This document shows, piece by piece, positions 26,407 to 39,890 of a stretch of 64,000 bases of DNA. Origin of the DNA: Octopus sinensis (lineage: Eukaryota); NCBI RefSeq assembly GCF_006345805.1, contig NC_043008.1, forward strand, positions 34,224,001 through 34,288,000, written 5' to 3'. The notes beneath the pieces are model-generated. The model made no database searches and had not been told where the DNA came from. It was given only the letters and a program-made list of their open reading frames with translations. Within the stretch, counting starts at the first letter, position 1, and every line of letters begins with the position of its first letter. The translations under genes and the position numbers were made by a program.

Positions 26407-27322
26407 CATATATATATGTATATGTATGTATGTATATATGCTCTTTCACGCTTATACTTACCCTTTCATCACTTCAATAATCCACTAATATGTACAATTT
26501 AGGGAATGAGGGTGTTAAGGCGGTGAGCTGCCAGAAACGTTAGCACGCCGAGCGAAATGCTTAGCGATATTTCGTCTGCCGTTACGTTCTGAGTTCAAAT
26601 TCCGCCAAGGTTGATTTGCCTTTCATCCTTTCAGGGTCGATTAAATAAGTACCAGTTATGCACTGGGGTCGATATAATCGACTTGATCCGTTTGTCTGTC
26701 CTTGTTTGTCCTCTCTGTGTTTAGCCCCTTGTGCGTAGTAAAGAAATAGAAATAGGTATTTCGTCTGCCGCTACTGTCTGAGTTCAAATTCCGCCGAGGT
26801 CGACTTTGCCTGTCATCCTTTCGGGGTCGATAAATTAAGTACCAGTTACGTACTGGGGTCAATATAATCGACTTAATCCCTTTGTCTGTCTTTGTTTGTC
26901 CCTTCTGTGTGTAGCCCCTTGTGGGTAGTAAAGAAATAGGTATTTCGTCTGACGTTACGTTCTGAGTTCAAATTCCGCCGAGGTCGACTTTGCCTTTCAT
27001 CCTTTCGGGGTCGATTAAATAGTACTAGTTACGCACTGGGGTCGATGTAATCGACTCAATCCCTTTGTCTGTCCTTGTTTGTCCGCTCTATGTTTAGCCC
27101 CCTGTGGGCAACAAAGAAATAAATGAGGGTGTTTGATGCTGCCGCCGCCCTCATTTGAATTTCCTGCTGCGAGGTAGGTTATCGGCAACTCTTGATTGAA
27201 CGACATCTAGTTTATATGTGTGAGAGTGTGTATGTGTGTGTGTTTGTGTTTGTGTGTGTTTATATAAATCCATATATATGTATATATATGTATACACACG
27301 TTCGCACATACACACACACATA

Positions 27323-28580
27323 CAGGGTGCAGTGAATAAACTGTCGTTTAAATTACACAAAAATGAAAATAACACTGACAACTCATTTTAACAGATATTT
27401 TTTACCAAAATTACATAAAGATGTCTTGAAATACTAAAGAGTAAATTTATTCAATAAAATCGCCACTGACTTCAACCACGGCCTCCAGACTCTTCAGAAT
27501 CTCTTGCAACTTTTCTGAGCAGTCTCTTTGTTTAAGTTGGTAAATGCTGCCATAATCCTTGCCTTCACTTCATCTTTGGTGTTACAAAGAGTTTTGTTAT
27601 TCTTTCGCTCAACTGTGCCCCACGCGTAATAATCAAGGGGGTTGCAGTCTGGGCAGTTAGGTGGCCAAACGTTAGGGGTGATATGGTCACAGAAATTGTC
27701 TGACAGCTATGACTGGGCCCTCCTGCTTATGTGGCATGGTGCAGTGTCCTGTTGCCAGACAGGGTCTTCCAGCAGTCACCTCTTGACCCAAGGCAGCACT
27801 ACATCTTCCAGGCACTTGATACAGGCCTCCGTGTTTAGTCTGAGGCTGTGTGACAAGATGAATGGAAGCATAATAACGTCGCCATCGCTAGTGATCATTC
27901 CAAACACCATGATGTTGACTGAATGTTTGATTTTTATCACTCTCGATATATGTTTTGGGGACACGGAAAGCCAACGGTTGTTCGGTGTGTTCACCATCTG
28001 ATCCTGGCAGAAATGTTTCTCGCCTGAGAAAAATCAAAGAATATTCGGTTGGGAGGGGTGTGTGCTTGAGTTTGTTCAAAAACTTCGTAGCGTGGTCTTT
28101 CTTCTTGTCCTTGATGACTTGGTATAAAAATTAGCCTTTTCTCATCTTGTATGAGGAATACGAATGTCTGATAAGAAACTCAGACACTCCTATGTCCTTG
28201 GCGACGGACCTGATTGACTTGGAGGGATCCGTGTTGAGTCTGAGGCCGCGTGGGAAGATAAGTATAGGTATAACGTCACCATCACAAGTGATCACTCCAA
28301 GCATCATGACTGGATGTTTGATTTTTATCACTCACTGTACATGTTTTGAGGACACGACAAGCTGACGCTTATTCTGAGTGTTTACCATTTGTTCGTATTG
28401 GAGTTTCCGGCACGAATGCCAAGCAGTACAGCAAGCCGTTTCCAAATTTCTGGCAGAATGAATTGTGTCGTGGTGCTGTTTTTCTCACAGATGATGCCCA
28501 ACTGACCTTACTATATTGTGTAGTCGAAAAATCAAAAGCAAACAATCCGCGAAATTAAAAATATAAATGCTGATAACATA
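27323..28580 (-). mobile_element. Decayed, internally rearranged Tc1/mariner element of the DD37D (maT) group
   Basis: The minus strand encodes KHSVNIMVFGMITSDG..., QQDTAPCH and WPPNCPDCNPLDY, with 37 residues between the second and third Asp. Stops and a duplicated KIKHPV..RLNT block are present. Confidence 0.8.
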
Positions 28581-28821
28581 CCCATCGCACCCTCTATATA
28601 TGATTATAAAATTCCAGTTTGGAAATTTCATAAAAATTGAAGCTGTATTCAAAATCTATTCCATATCTGATTTCAGTCATACTACTTCTCTCATACATGG
28701 ATTGATTCGGCCACAGTTAATTATCCTGTGTTTGGTACTCATTGTATCTGTCGCTACAGTAAAATGCTACTATTCTAGCGTAAAGAGACGTAACTCGATA
28801 CACAGATTAACACTATATATA

Positions 28822-30444
28822 CAGTTGCGCCCACAATGTTCAGAACGGCATTGTTTTCGTCAGAAAAGTAGGTATAATTTTTTATCAAAGTTGTTTTATA
28901 TTCTATAATTTTCACAGGCAATAAATACGATATCATTTGTTATTGTCTGAGATTTTGGTATAATTTGAGAGGATAATATAAAAGTTATGGATGATTTAGT
29001 GATTTACTGCAATACCCATGGCGGCTAAAATGATCAGAACGGTTGCTTTTACTCTGTGTTTTAGAATATTTAACCGGCGAACTCTAATGTTTTGAATTTG
29101 TTTACCTGATGGTTCATTTACTAAACATTAGTAAGAATATCTGCAGTGTATTTTGTTAATATAATGCCACTTACTCCGTTACCAGTTCGTCAGCAGATTA
29201 TTAAGCTTCGAAAGAAGGATAATTTAAGTATTGGGTCTATTGTAAAGATTGTTAACAAGTCAAAAAGTGTTGTTCACGGTATTCTTAAGGTCTACGATGA
29301 TAGTGGTTCGTGTGAAGCAAGAAAGTCTACAGGTAGGCCAAGAAAAACAACCAAGAGAGAAGATCGCGCTATGATAAAGTTGGTTAAAAAGGACAGATTT
29401 AAAACTGCTGCTGCTGTTTCTCGGGAAATGAGCATTTTAGTGAAGAAAACTATATCTCGAAAAACTGTGTCTGGTCGTTTAGTTGAACATGACCTACAAG
29501 CAAGAGCACCGGCAGTGAAGCCACTGATCAGCTCCAAGAATAAAAAGTGTCGTCTTGCATTTGCAACCGAACATGTGTTGTGGTCTCAAGAAAAATAGCT
29601 TAGATTCAGTGATGAATCTAAGTTTATGTTATTTGGCTCAGATGGGAAAAGGTACATTCGTCGAAAAGTAGGTGAAAAATGGTCGCCTAAATGCCTTAAG
29701 ACTAGTGTTAAATTCGGTGGAGGAAGTGTCATGGTTTGGGGGATGATATCTGGAGATGGTGTGGGCCCTTTGGTGCGATTACATGGAAAGGTAAATGCAG
29801 AAGTTTATAAACAACTTGTAAAAGATCATGTCTTGCCTGTACTGAGAAATTCAACTAAGCGACCACCCATATTCATGCAGGACAATGCCCCATGTCACAA
29901 GGCTAAGGTGGTCATGAACTTCGTCAAGGCTGAAAAGGTTATTGTTATGGATTGGCCTTCTCAAAGCCCAGATCTCAATCCTATTGAAAATGTGTGGAAT
30001 ATTCTAGGAGAACGTCCGAAAGCCAGAAATCCTAAAACAACCGAGCAATTATGGAATGCCCTTCAGGAAGAATGGAATAAGATCACCCAGCAAGAAATTG
30101 AAAATTTAATTTCCTCATGCAGTCGAAGATGTGAAAGTGTGATTGAAGCTAAAGGGTTTCACACTAAATATTAAATAATTCCAGTATTCTCTGTCACTTT
30201 TGATTATTTTGTTATTTTTTCAACCGTTCTGATCATTTTGGCCGCCATGGGTTTTGCAGTAAATCACTAAATCAAACATAACTTTTGTATTATCCCCTCA
30301 AATTACACCAAAATATCAGACAATAACAATTAGTATCCTATTTATTTTCTGGGAAAATTATAGAATATAAAACAACTTTGATAAAAACTTATACTTACTT
30401 TTCTGACGAAAACAATGCCGTTCTGAACAGTTTGGCCGCAACTG
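28822..30444 (+). mobile_element. Full-length (1623 bp) IR-DR Tc1 transposon, DD34E
   Basis: 224-bp TIRs (28822-29045, 30221-30444; about 20 mismatches by my count), each with outer and inner direct repeats AATG(T/A)TCAGAACGG. TA target duplication at 28820-28821 and 30445-30446. Confidence 0.95.
29164..30174 (+). pseudogene. Tc1 transposase interrupted by a single in-frame TAG (29596-29598)
   Basis: The two ORF-track pieces are in the same frame. Paired-like HTH, GRPRK linker, FSDESKF, QDNAPCH and SPDLNPIE (34-residue D-E spacing). W-x-x-V-x-F is shortened to *-L-R-F, suggesting an additional 6-bp deletion. Confidence 0.9.
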
Positions 30445-30631
30445 TATATACAAGCACACACATTTATTGAAGTGCACGAGCACACACACATAGTTTTCAC
30501 GTTCAAATGTTCACAAATGTACACAAATGTGTATGCGTATATATATATATATATATATCTATATATATATATATTTATTTATATTTGGTTAATGAGAGAG
30601 AAGGAAGATGGAAGATATGAGAATGCTTATT

Positions 30632-30739
30632 AATCACTACAATTGTTTCAACCCATATAGCATTGATCCCTCACGAGTGAGATACTTAACAACTGGCTTA
30701 GGTGTATCCGTCGGTGTAGATGTGCCTCTTCGGATGATT
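30632..30739 (-). ncRNA. Decayed type I HHR with long stem II, inside a PLE-derived repeat (30560-30900)
   Basis: Minus strand: AATCAT-CCGAAGA(U4>C)-GGC...GTT-GAAA-CAATTG-TA-GTGATT. Stem III is a perfect palindrome (ACAATTGT) and stem I has 6 bp. Confidence 0.5.
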
Positions 30740-30923
30740 ACAAGATGTGTCTTATTAAAATAATGACTGTTCCGCAAGATATCTTCTCGGTTTGGGTATA
30801 GAAAAGCAGCAAATCAAGGGATTACAGCTTCGTTTTTATATAAAAGATTAATTATAAATAACGGATGGTAAGTGAATGAAAAACAGCCGCTGTGGCTACA
30901 TCGAGATACTGACAAATATATAT

Positions 30924-30999
<76 letters not shown>

Positions 31000-31209
31000 T
31001 GTGTGTGTGGTGTGTGTGTGTGTGTTTATACACATACATATATTATCGAGTTAGAAAACAGAGATCTAATGGATACAAATTAATTTATTAATTAATCAAC
31101 ATATTCACATAAGAGAGTCTAACTACGCTCCTGCCGTAGCATCTACATAGCCTTACCTGCCATCTTGGGTCTTCTAGATACAAATACTCCCATATATATA
31201 TATATATAT

Positions 31210-31450
31210 TATATATATATAATTTAAAATCCGTTCTGTCTGTGTGTATGTTTTCCAGAATCTCGGGTATCCTCCATCCGATTGCGCTCAAATTTGATAT
31301 GTAGATACCGACGGTATCAGGGCGTATATAAGTCTTGAAAAAATTACAAAAATCGATTCCAGGTGAGAATGCGATCGATAAAGCCGTGGGAATGTGCATT
31401 TGTACGTGCAAGTACATCAGCTGTTGCGATGTACTTACTGGTACTTTAAG
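31210..31450 (+). mobile_element. 5' part of a non-autonomous Helitron/Helentron (DINE/HINE)-like repeat. Related fragments at 14700-14790 (-) and 14960-15400
   Basis: TATATAA start, GTCTGT microsatellite, then CCATCCGATTGCGCTCAAATTTG, an arrangement typical of such elements. Family assignment is from pattern only. Confidence 0.4.
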
Positions 31451-31733
31451 CTCTTCGGTTGCATATTTGTGTGAATAAAATCGTTTTTCTTTGGAATAAA
31501 AAAGTCTATCTTTATTTCTTCTTTTGCTGGTGTCTCAAATTTAGGTTAAAACAGTGTTTCTCAAAGGGGAGGCCTATGGCACGGTGGGACAAGTTGTCTT
31601 GAGAAAATTTGGTTTAAATGTTTGACAACACAGCACCGTCCATTGGACGGGGTGCGTTTTGCTCGTACATACATACATACATACGTACATACATACATAC
31701 ATACATACATACATACATACATACATACATACA

Positions 31734-31769
<36 letters not shown>

Positions 31770-31914
31770 TATAAATAAATTGGGATGACGAAAGAAATGA
31801 ACAATGAACAATTATGTTATGATCTTCATTAGCAGACACCCATACATGAGTGCTTTATGTTTCAGCAGAAACAGCTGTTAGCTAATATTGCTCATAACAT
31901 AATTGCTTATTTCC

Positions 31915-31957
<43 letters not shown>

Positions 31958-32130
31958 ATATATATACATACATACATACATTATTATTATGGCTGCGCCC
32001 TCGTTATCGAGTATGGCCATTGCACGAAGCTTAACTGTTACTGGTGCTGTGATCGAATGTGACTTTTTAGCCCAGCTAAAGATCTACATACATACATACA
32101 TACATACATACATACATACATACATACAAC

Positions 32131-32174
<44 letters not shown>

Positions 32175-32422
32175 TCCGTTTTTCCGTCACCGTGTTGTAT
32201 ACTTTCGAGGTTTTCTTCCAAGGAATCTAATGCGATTGGCTTAGATTTCCCTTGGCTGGCTGCCCAGATTGGAGCAATCTCAAGATTAATCAGCCGAAAT
32301 TGCTAAGATGATCTGGTTCTTGACTGATGACTGAGAGCTTCGAAAGTCCCGTCTGTGTGTTTTTTTGCCGTCTTCAAATGTTTCACGTTCTTGTCCCAGT
32401 TTGTGTTTTTTTAACGTTTACC

Positions 32423-32493
<71 letters not shown>

Positions 32494-34011
32494 TGGTTGA
32501 TTGACCAGAAGTGATAAATTACAGTGTTCAGTACAATGTAGAGTATTTTAATAGATTATAACTGAAGGTTCCAAATTCCAATACTCAGAGTGACTGGTAA
32601 ATTGAGCCTTGTTTTCTTTAGAAATATCCACTATCTGAATATTTTTTTTAACATTATATGAAAATTTATGTTTTTTTTTTTTTGAAAGCCATTGTGAAGA
32701 ACACGCGCAAAAACGGTTGCTTCAAGCTCACACTTTTGATTTTCTTTTTTGGTTTTTCGTAGTAAATATTATTATAAACGTCATAAACTCCATTGGAAGC
32801 GAAGTCATGAAATAGCAATGTTCCAAAATCATACCTTTAAATAATATTTTAATTAAGGTGCATACACACCCATTAAAAAATAGATGTATATGTGGCTCTT
32901 CCTTTTGCATACGACTGTGCAGATACACACATGTACACACATGCAGACTGACACACTTAAACACGGAATAATATATTCGTGTATACATATGCATATACGC
33001 ACACGTAGATACGATATATATTAGAATATATATCAATAAGACCTTTCGAAACCAACATCTTTTCCCCTTAATCAGAACAAAATTCAAGAAGGCTTGTATT
33101 TGCATAAAAGATATTTAGCCGCTTGTATACATTGTTCTGTTCTATTATTCAAACTATTACTGCATTTAGTCAAAGTTCTCAATTTTTTGCTCAGACAAAG
33201 GTCACACTGCATCTCTGAGGTGAAGCTCCCGTTCCTGTATAGTTGCGCATTATCTATAATAGAGTGGGTAATTTTGAATTCGTGAGGTCTTGCTCACACA
33301 AGAACAACATAAACTTCGACAAAATTTTAGCACATTTTCTGTCGGGGCTTACAAAAAAATATTCGTACTTGTAATAATGGTTTTGGGATGTAAGTTCTGT
33401 TGTCCTGATATATACTTTAGATTCGTCACTGCTGTTTGATCCAACCTTGACATTGTATACAATCGACTTTCCAAACAGTTACCGTCTAGTGGACAGTATT
33501 CACGAATTTTACAGCTGCATGATATTTGTTGCTAAGCTGTTTGCATCTCTCTTCTATTCAGCTTCGCAGCAATAAAACCTCTGAAATAACAGCTGAAATT
33601 CTTGAAAACTGAATAACTAACCTTAATGCAGTTCCTATTCAATATTATTTCTATACTTACTGTCTGGAGGAAAAAGGTGATCTATCAAATTAAGAAAATT
33701 TCTAGCCATATTATTTTTTACTGCTAGGGTAAATACAGGGTTGTATCATAACATATTCCTTTTCCTATACCTACGCTTAGGCCTTCCCAGTGTTGTTTTC
33801 GTATTTAATTAAAGTGGGCGCAGAGCAATGTGAGATGAAGTATTTTGCTCAAGAACAAAATGTACCACCCGGTCCGCGAAACGAACACACGTCATAATCA
33901 TTTGGTCATGTGCCCTCGAATAAACGCGCGCACGCACACACACACACAACACACACACACACACACATACACACAAACTTAAAACTGCATGGTGCCGAAG
34001 AAACTATTTTA

Positions 34012-34082
<71 letters not shown>

Positions 34083-34087
34083 TGATA

Positions 34088-34159
<72 letters not shown>

Positions 34160-34160
<1 letters not shown>

Positions 34161-35268
34161 TACAGCCTCAGGGTGGTGATTATACCACTTGTCGGCAGTT
34201 TGATAGTGTAATGCCGACTTATTAGCCAGTGGAGATATTGGCCAACTCTGTCATGTCTTAATTTATACTCCACTGGTGCTAAGACTTTACATCCAGAGAT
34301 TAGGTGGTCCACTGTTTCAATCATGTCGTTGCAGAATCGGCATTTTGGGTCTGCTCCATTTTTCATCACATTGGCCTGGTAGTTCCGGTTAATAGGCTTT
34401 GGTCTTGAGCAGCCAGGATGAAACCTTCGCTCTCTGAGAGCGAAGGTTTCATCCTGGTTGCTCAAGACCAAAGCCTATTAACCCGGAACTACCAGGCCAA
34501 TGTGATGAAAAATGGAGCAGACCCAAAATGCCGATTCTGCAACGACATGATTGAAACAGTGGACCACCTAATCTCTGGATGTAAAGTCTTAGCACCAGTG
34601 GAGTATAAATTAAGACATGACAGAGTTGGCCAATATCTCCACTGGCTAATAAGTCGGCATTACAATATCAAAACTGCCGACAAGTGTATAATCACCACCC
34701 TGAGGCTGTAACTGAAGGAGAAAATGTAACCATTCTGTGGGACTTTCCAGTACATACAGACCGAACCATCAGGGCCAATAAACCAGATATTGTTGTGAAA
34801 GACCAAAACAATAAAGTTTGCTTATTGATCGACATGAGCATCCCCTGTGATCATAATATCTCAGCGAAAGAGTTTGACAAGCTCAGAAAATATAAAGACC
34901 TACTCATTGAAATTGAGAAAATGTGGCATCTCAAGGCGGTTACAATACCAGTGATCGTAGGAGCACTAGGAATGATCAAGAAGGGAACCGAAAATTATAT
35001 GAGAATGATCCCTGGCTTACCATCCCTGCAAGAAGTGCAAAAGATTGTCTTAACTGGTACATCACACGTATTGAGAAGAGCATTGTCGATGTGAGAACTG
35101 TTGCTGCTCATGTATTTTAATTTAACTTTAAAAAAAAAAAAAAAAAATGAACGAACTATTGAGTTTGGTTTAATGGCCTACCAATATACACTATGAGTTT
35201 CTTTGCCCTAGGAGTCGGGAAGACACTCGGCAAGAAATGGAAGAAAATTTGAAAGAAGAAAAAAAAAA

Positions 35269-35270
<2 letters not shown>
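34160..35270 (+). mobile_element. Young 5'-truncated R4/Dong-like LINE (CCHC plus RLE) with a 275-bp inverted duplication of its 5' end
   Basis: SESEGFILVAQDQSL..CRFC..ETVDHLISGC..RHD and NKPDIVVKD..CLLID motifs, 3' UTR and (TAA)n tail. 34160-34434 is the reverse complement of 34436-34711. Confidence 0.92.
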
Positions 35271-35354
<84 letters not shown>

Positions 35355-35356
35355 AA

Positions 35357-35403
<47 letters not shown>

Positions 35404-35956
35404 GCCCTGATGCAGTACCAGGCAGTGACTCTCATGGCTTCTGATCTTAACTGATTGAAAGTGTTATCATGTACATTGTTTTGTCTTGGTATAAAAGATG
35501 GGCTACAGCAAATATTCTGCTCAATACCACAGATTTGCTTGTCAGTTGTTTGACCTTAACCAGTTGAGCATGTCCCTTAGTGGCTGACGATATGTGCATC
35601 TCTGATCACGAGCAGAAGTAGTGGGGAGCATCATAGCCATGTGTTGAGAGGGATTCTTTGGGGTTTGAATAGTTCACCTCTGGAAACATGGGTGGTTCTT
35701 TCAACATCCTTAAACAACCCTTATTCAGGGACCGTTTGAGCGGGATGGGCTACTCAACCTGAAGAAAATTCTAACTGGGCCCCACCTGCAAGGTCATGTG
35801 CTGTTTATCTTGATATGAGATCACCATGTCGCGCACATATGGTTGTGATGCATGTGCCTGGTGTACCTTTATCAGACGGGTAGTCATGATGGGTATATTG
35901 GGCTTCGTATATTTTACCCCAGTGTCACTTTGATGGCATGAACAGCTCTCTCACTC

Positions 35957-36017
<61 letters not shown>

Positions 36018-36019
36018 TA

Positions 36020-36712
36020 ATATAATGAGTAGAGTACAAATCAAGACATGTCAGAGTTGTCCAATATCTACACTTTGATAATGCGTCGGCATTATAACAT
36101 CAAAACTGCTGACAAATTGTACAAGCACCACCCTGAGGGAGAAAATGTAACTATTCTTTGAGACTTCCCAGTATGTACAGACCGGACCATCAAAGCAAAT
36201 GGACCAGATATTGTTGTGAAAGACAAAAGCCACAAAGTTTATTTACTAATTGACTTGAACATACCCTGTGACCATTATATATCGGCAAAAGAATTTGATA
36301 AGCTCAGAAAATATAAAGATTTCCTAATCGAAATCGAAAAGATGTGGCATCTCAAGACGGTTACAATACCTGTAGGAGCACTTGGAATGATCAAAAAAGT
36401 AACTGAAAATTATTTAAGAATGATCCCCGGTTTACTGTCCATACAGGAAGTTCAAAAGTTTGTTCTAACTGGTACGTTACACGTATTGAGAAGAGCATTG
36501 TCACTGTGAATTTCCACCCCCCATTATTTTCTTCGCTTATTTTATATTTTTTTTCTTTGTCTTTCTTCCCCGTTTTCTCTATCATATGACTTTGTCAATG
36601 GACAACTTGGTGTGTTTATTTTAATGGCTTACCAATGTATACAGTGCGTTTCTCTGCTCTAGGTGTCAGGAAGACACTCGACAAGAAATGGATACAGAAT
36701 TGAAAGAAGATA
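36020..36712 (+). mobile_element. Older 5'-truncated copy of the same R4/Dong-like LINE
   Basis: ORF 36216-36509 is similar to 34684-35094. Flanked by (AAT)n on both sides. Confidence 0.85.
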
Positions 36713-36713
36713 C

Positions 36714-36786
<73 letters not shown>

Positions 36787-37807
36787 CCTTTCTACTAGGT
36801 CTGAAATTAAGAAAGAAAGCAAACGATGCTGGATCATAGATAAGCATGCCCAGCTGACAACAAGGTTGGCGATAAGGAAGAAAGAAAAGTCGATCGATAT
36901 GACAGGTTAGCTTGGGAGGATAAGCAGTTGTGGTCGATGAAAAAGGTGGTAGTAATACCAATAATTGTCGGAGTCCTGGGAACAGTGAGTAAAAATCTTG
37001 AGAAGTACATGGAACAAATAGGGGCTGCAATAAGGGTCGATTACTCGCAGAAAACAGCACTGCTTGGAACCGCTCGATTACGCCGGAAGGTGCTTGAAAA
37101 AAAAAGGGATGTTACCTTAGTTCACAGCTATGTACCGTAGTACGTCTCCAGCGATAGAAGCTGTGCAAAGACAATAATAATAATTACCCTTTCTCCTATA
37201 GGCACAAGGTCTGAAATTTGTGGGGAGGGAACCAAACGAGCAGATCGTCCCCAGTATGCAACTGATATTTAATTTATCGAAAGGATAAAAGGCAGGGTCA
37301 ACTTCGGCGGAATTTGAACTCAGAACGTAGCGGCAGACGAAATACCTATTTCTTTACTACCCACAAGGAGCTACACACAGAGGGGACAAACAAGGACAGA
37401 CAAACGGATTAAGTCGATTACATCTTCCCCAGTGCGTAACTGGTACTTATTTAATCGACCCCGAAAGGATGAAAGGCAAAGTCGACCTCGGCGGAATTTG
37501 AACTTAGAACGTAATGGCAGACGAAATACGGCTACGCATTTCGCCCGGCGTGCTCACGGTTCTGCCAGCTCGCCGCCTTCAGTCATGATAATAATGATAA
37601 TGGTTTCAAATTTTGCCACAAGGGCAGCCATTTTGGAGAGGGGATGAGTCAATTACATCGACCCCAGTGTTCAACTTGTACTTATTTTATCGACCCCGAA
37701 AGGCAACATCAAACACGAAACGTAGCGGCAGACGAAATATCGCAAAACATTTCGCCCGGTGTAATAACTATTCTGCTAGCTTGCTGCCTTCCATAATAAT
37801 AATAATA

Positions 37808-37879
<72 letters not shown>

Positions 37880-37882
<3 letters not shown>

Positions 37883-38950
37883 TAGTTTTATTTTTATAGT
37901 GTGCTTTCACTTCACTACCGAGCGCAGCTCTGTGTGCCTTGGGTATGTGCTGTGATTTGTTGTGATGCTCTGATGGTTATTGTATGGAAAGTGTTCTGCG
38001 TAGGATGTGTGCAGTGCCTAGTAGCGCAATTTTCTGTATGTTATATGTGTTTGTAAGTCCTGGTGTTTTTGTTATGTATTTGTCTGAATATTTTTTTATC
38101 ATGCCTAATGCACCTACTATGATAGGAATTGTTTCTGTTTTTAGATTCCACATTCTGGCTACCTCTATTTCCAGGTCTTTGTATTTTGAAAGTTTCTCCA
38201 TTTCTTTTAGAGACACGTTGTCATCTGCTGGTATTGATACATTAATTAGAAAGCATTTTTTTCTTCATGATCTCTGACAACTATATCTGGTCTGTTGGCC
38301 TTAATTTCTCTATCTGTGTGTATCGGCATATCTCAGAGTATGGTTGCTTTCTCGTTTTCTGTGACCTTTTCTGGTGTGTGCCTATACCATCTTTTTTCTG
38401 TTGTTATTCCATAATGTTGGCATAGTTTCCAGTGTATGTAGGTTCCAACTCTGTCATGTCTGTGAATATATTCCTTCTTGGCCAGGACTGGGCAGCCAGA
38501 GATAATATGATTTATTGTTTCTTGTCCATCTCCACATATTCTGCAGTTACTTGTTATATTTCTTTTCATTACATGTTTTTGGTAATTTCTGGTGGGGAGG
38601 CTTTGGTCTTGTGCTGCAATTAAAAATCCCTCTGCCTCTGCTTTGAGTCCTAAGCTTCTCAACCATTGCTGGGATTTTTCTGTATCTATTTCTTTTGCAT
38701 TTAGTTTAGTCCAGTATTTACCATGAACGGGCTTTTCTTTCCATCGTTTTATCATGGTTCTTTGCTGTTCTAGTTTTAGTTTGGATTTCATTTGTTTAAT
38801 AGCTTTTGTTGTTTCTTCATCTTCTTCTTCTTCATATTTGTTAGGTGGTATGATTTCTTGTTTGTATTTGTCAGCTTCCTTAAATACTGAGAACAGTTTT
38901 TTGTTTTGCTCGTGTTTTGCCGCTATTTGTATCAGTTTTCCTTCCTTCTG
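37880..38950 (-). mobile_element. 5'-truncated R4/Dong-like LINE (RT C-terminus, CCHC, RLE)
   Basis: LKAEAEGFLIAAQDQSLPTRNY..CRICG..ETINHIISGC..HRHD and KLSKYKDLEIEVARMW..IPIIVGALG. Lies between two (ATT)n arrays. Confidence 0.9.
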
Positions 38951-38965
38951 AAGTATTATTATTAA

Positions 38966-39007
<42 letters not shown>

Positions 39008-39033
39008 CATTATTATTATTATTATTATTATTA

Positions 39034-39094
<61 letters not shown>

Positions 39095-39584
39095 CATTAT
39101 TATCATTATTATTATTATAAACACTAGGCCAATGAATAAATCCTGTTATTTTTGATAGAGAAACTGTTCACACGATAATATAGTATTAGCGATTTCTTCG
39201 TTCAGCAATTATATAAATGTGAATTTCAAACAATGGGTAATTTTAGCTTTATGCAAATACACCTGAACTTACATAATTACGAAAACTGGTTGATAACCTG
39301 TTGGCTTTGTAGACAATAGATTGAGTTGCAAACGAATTAGAATAGTTACGTTGTTTCCAAATCCACGCTATATAAAAGAAGCCTTTTAACAAACATGCTT
39401 TTACTTATATATACAGCTATTGTGATTAAAACGTAATCAGGAGGCATATAAAAAGTTTACGACAGATACTTGTTAAATAGATAAATGTAGTCTATTGTAA
39501 GCAAGCTGCTAAAGGCACGTAACCGTCAATACATTTATATTCACACAGAACAAAACAGTGGTATGGTTATATAGCTAAGATATT

Positions 39585-39890
39585 CTCTTTGCATGTGGGA
39601 ACAAGCAAACCAGCAACTTATCGAAATCCAGATGAAGAGAAGGAACTAGGGTTGACTGGGATACATCCAACAGAAACTTGTATCTAATATTACAAATCAA
39701 GTCCTCCGATGGACATCCCTAGGGAGATGCAAGCGTGATAGACTAAAATCAATATAGAGAAGGTCCACAGAAACTGAGGCACTGGCAGGCGGTCACACAT
39801 TGGGACAACTACAATCCATTGCTAAAGATCGTGGCAGACGGAGTTCTACTGTTGGTGCCCTATGTTTCACATGGATTTTAAGGATTAAGA
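39585..39890 (+). mobile_element. Decayed 3' end of an RTE-clade LINE
   Basis: Reads as ..IEIQMKRRN(W)GWLGYI..VLRWTSLGRCKR..AKDRGRRSSTVGALC, the typical RTE C-terminal pattern. Confidence 0.6.

Noticed and set aside
32324-32355. CTGATGA...GAAA possible hammerhead
   Set aside because: No convincing stem II, stem III or stem I pairing.
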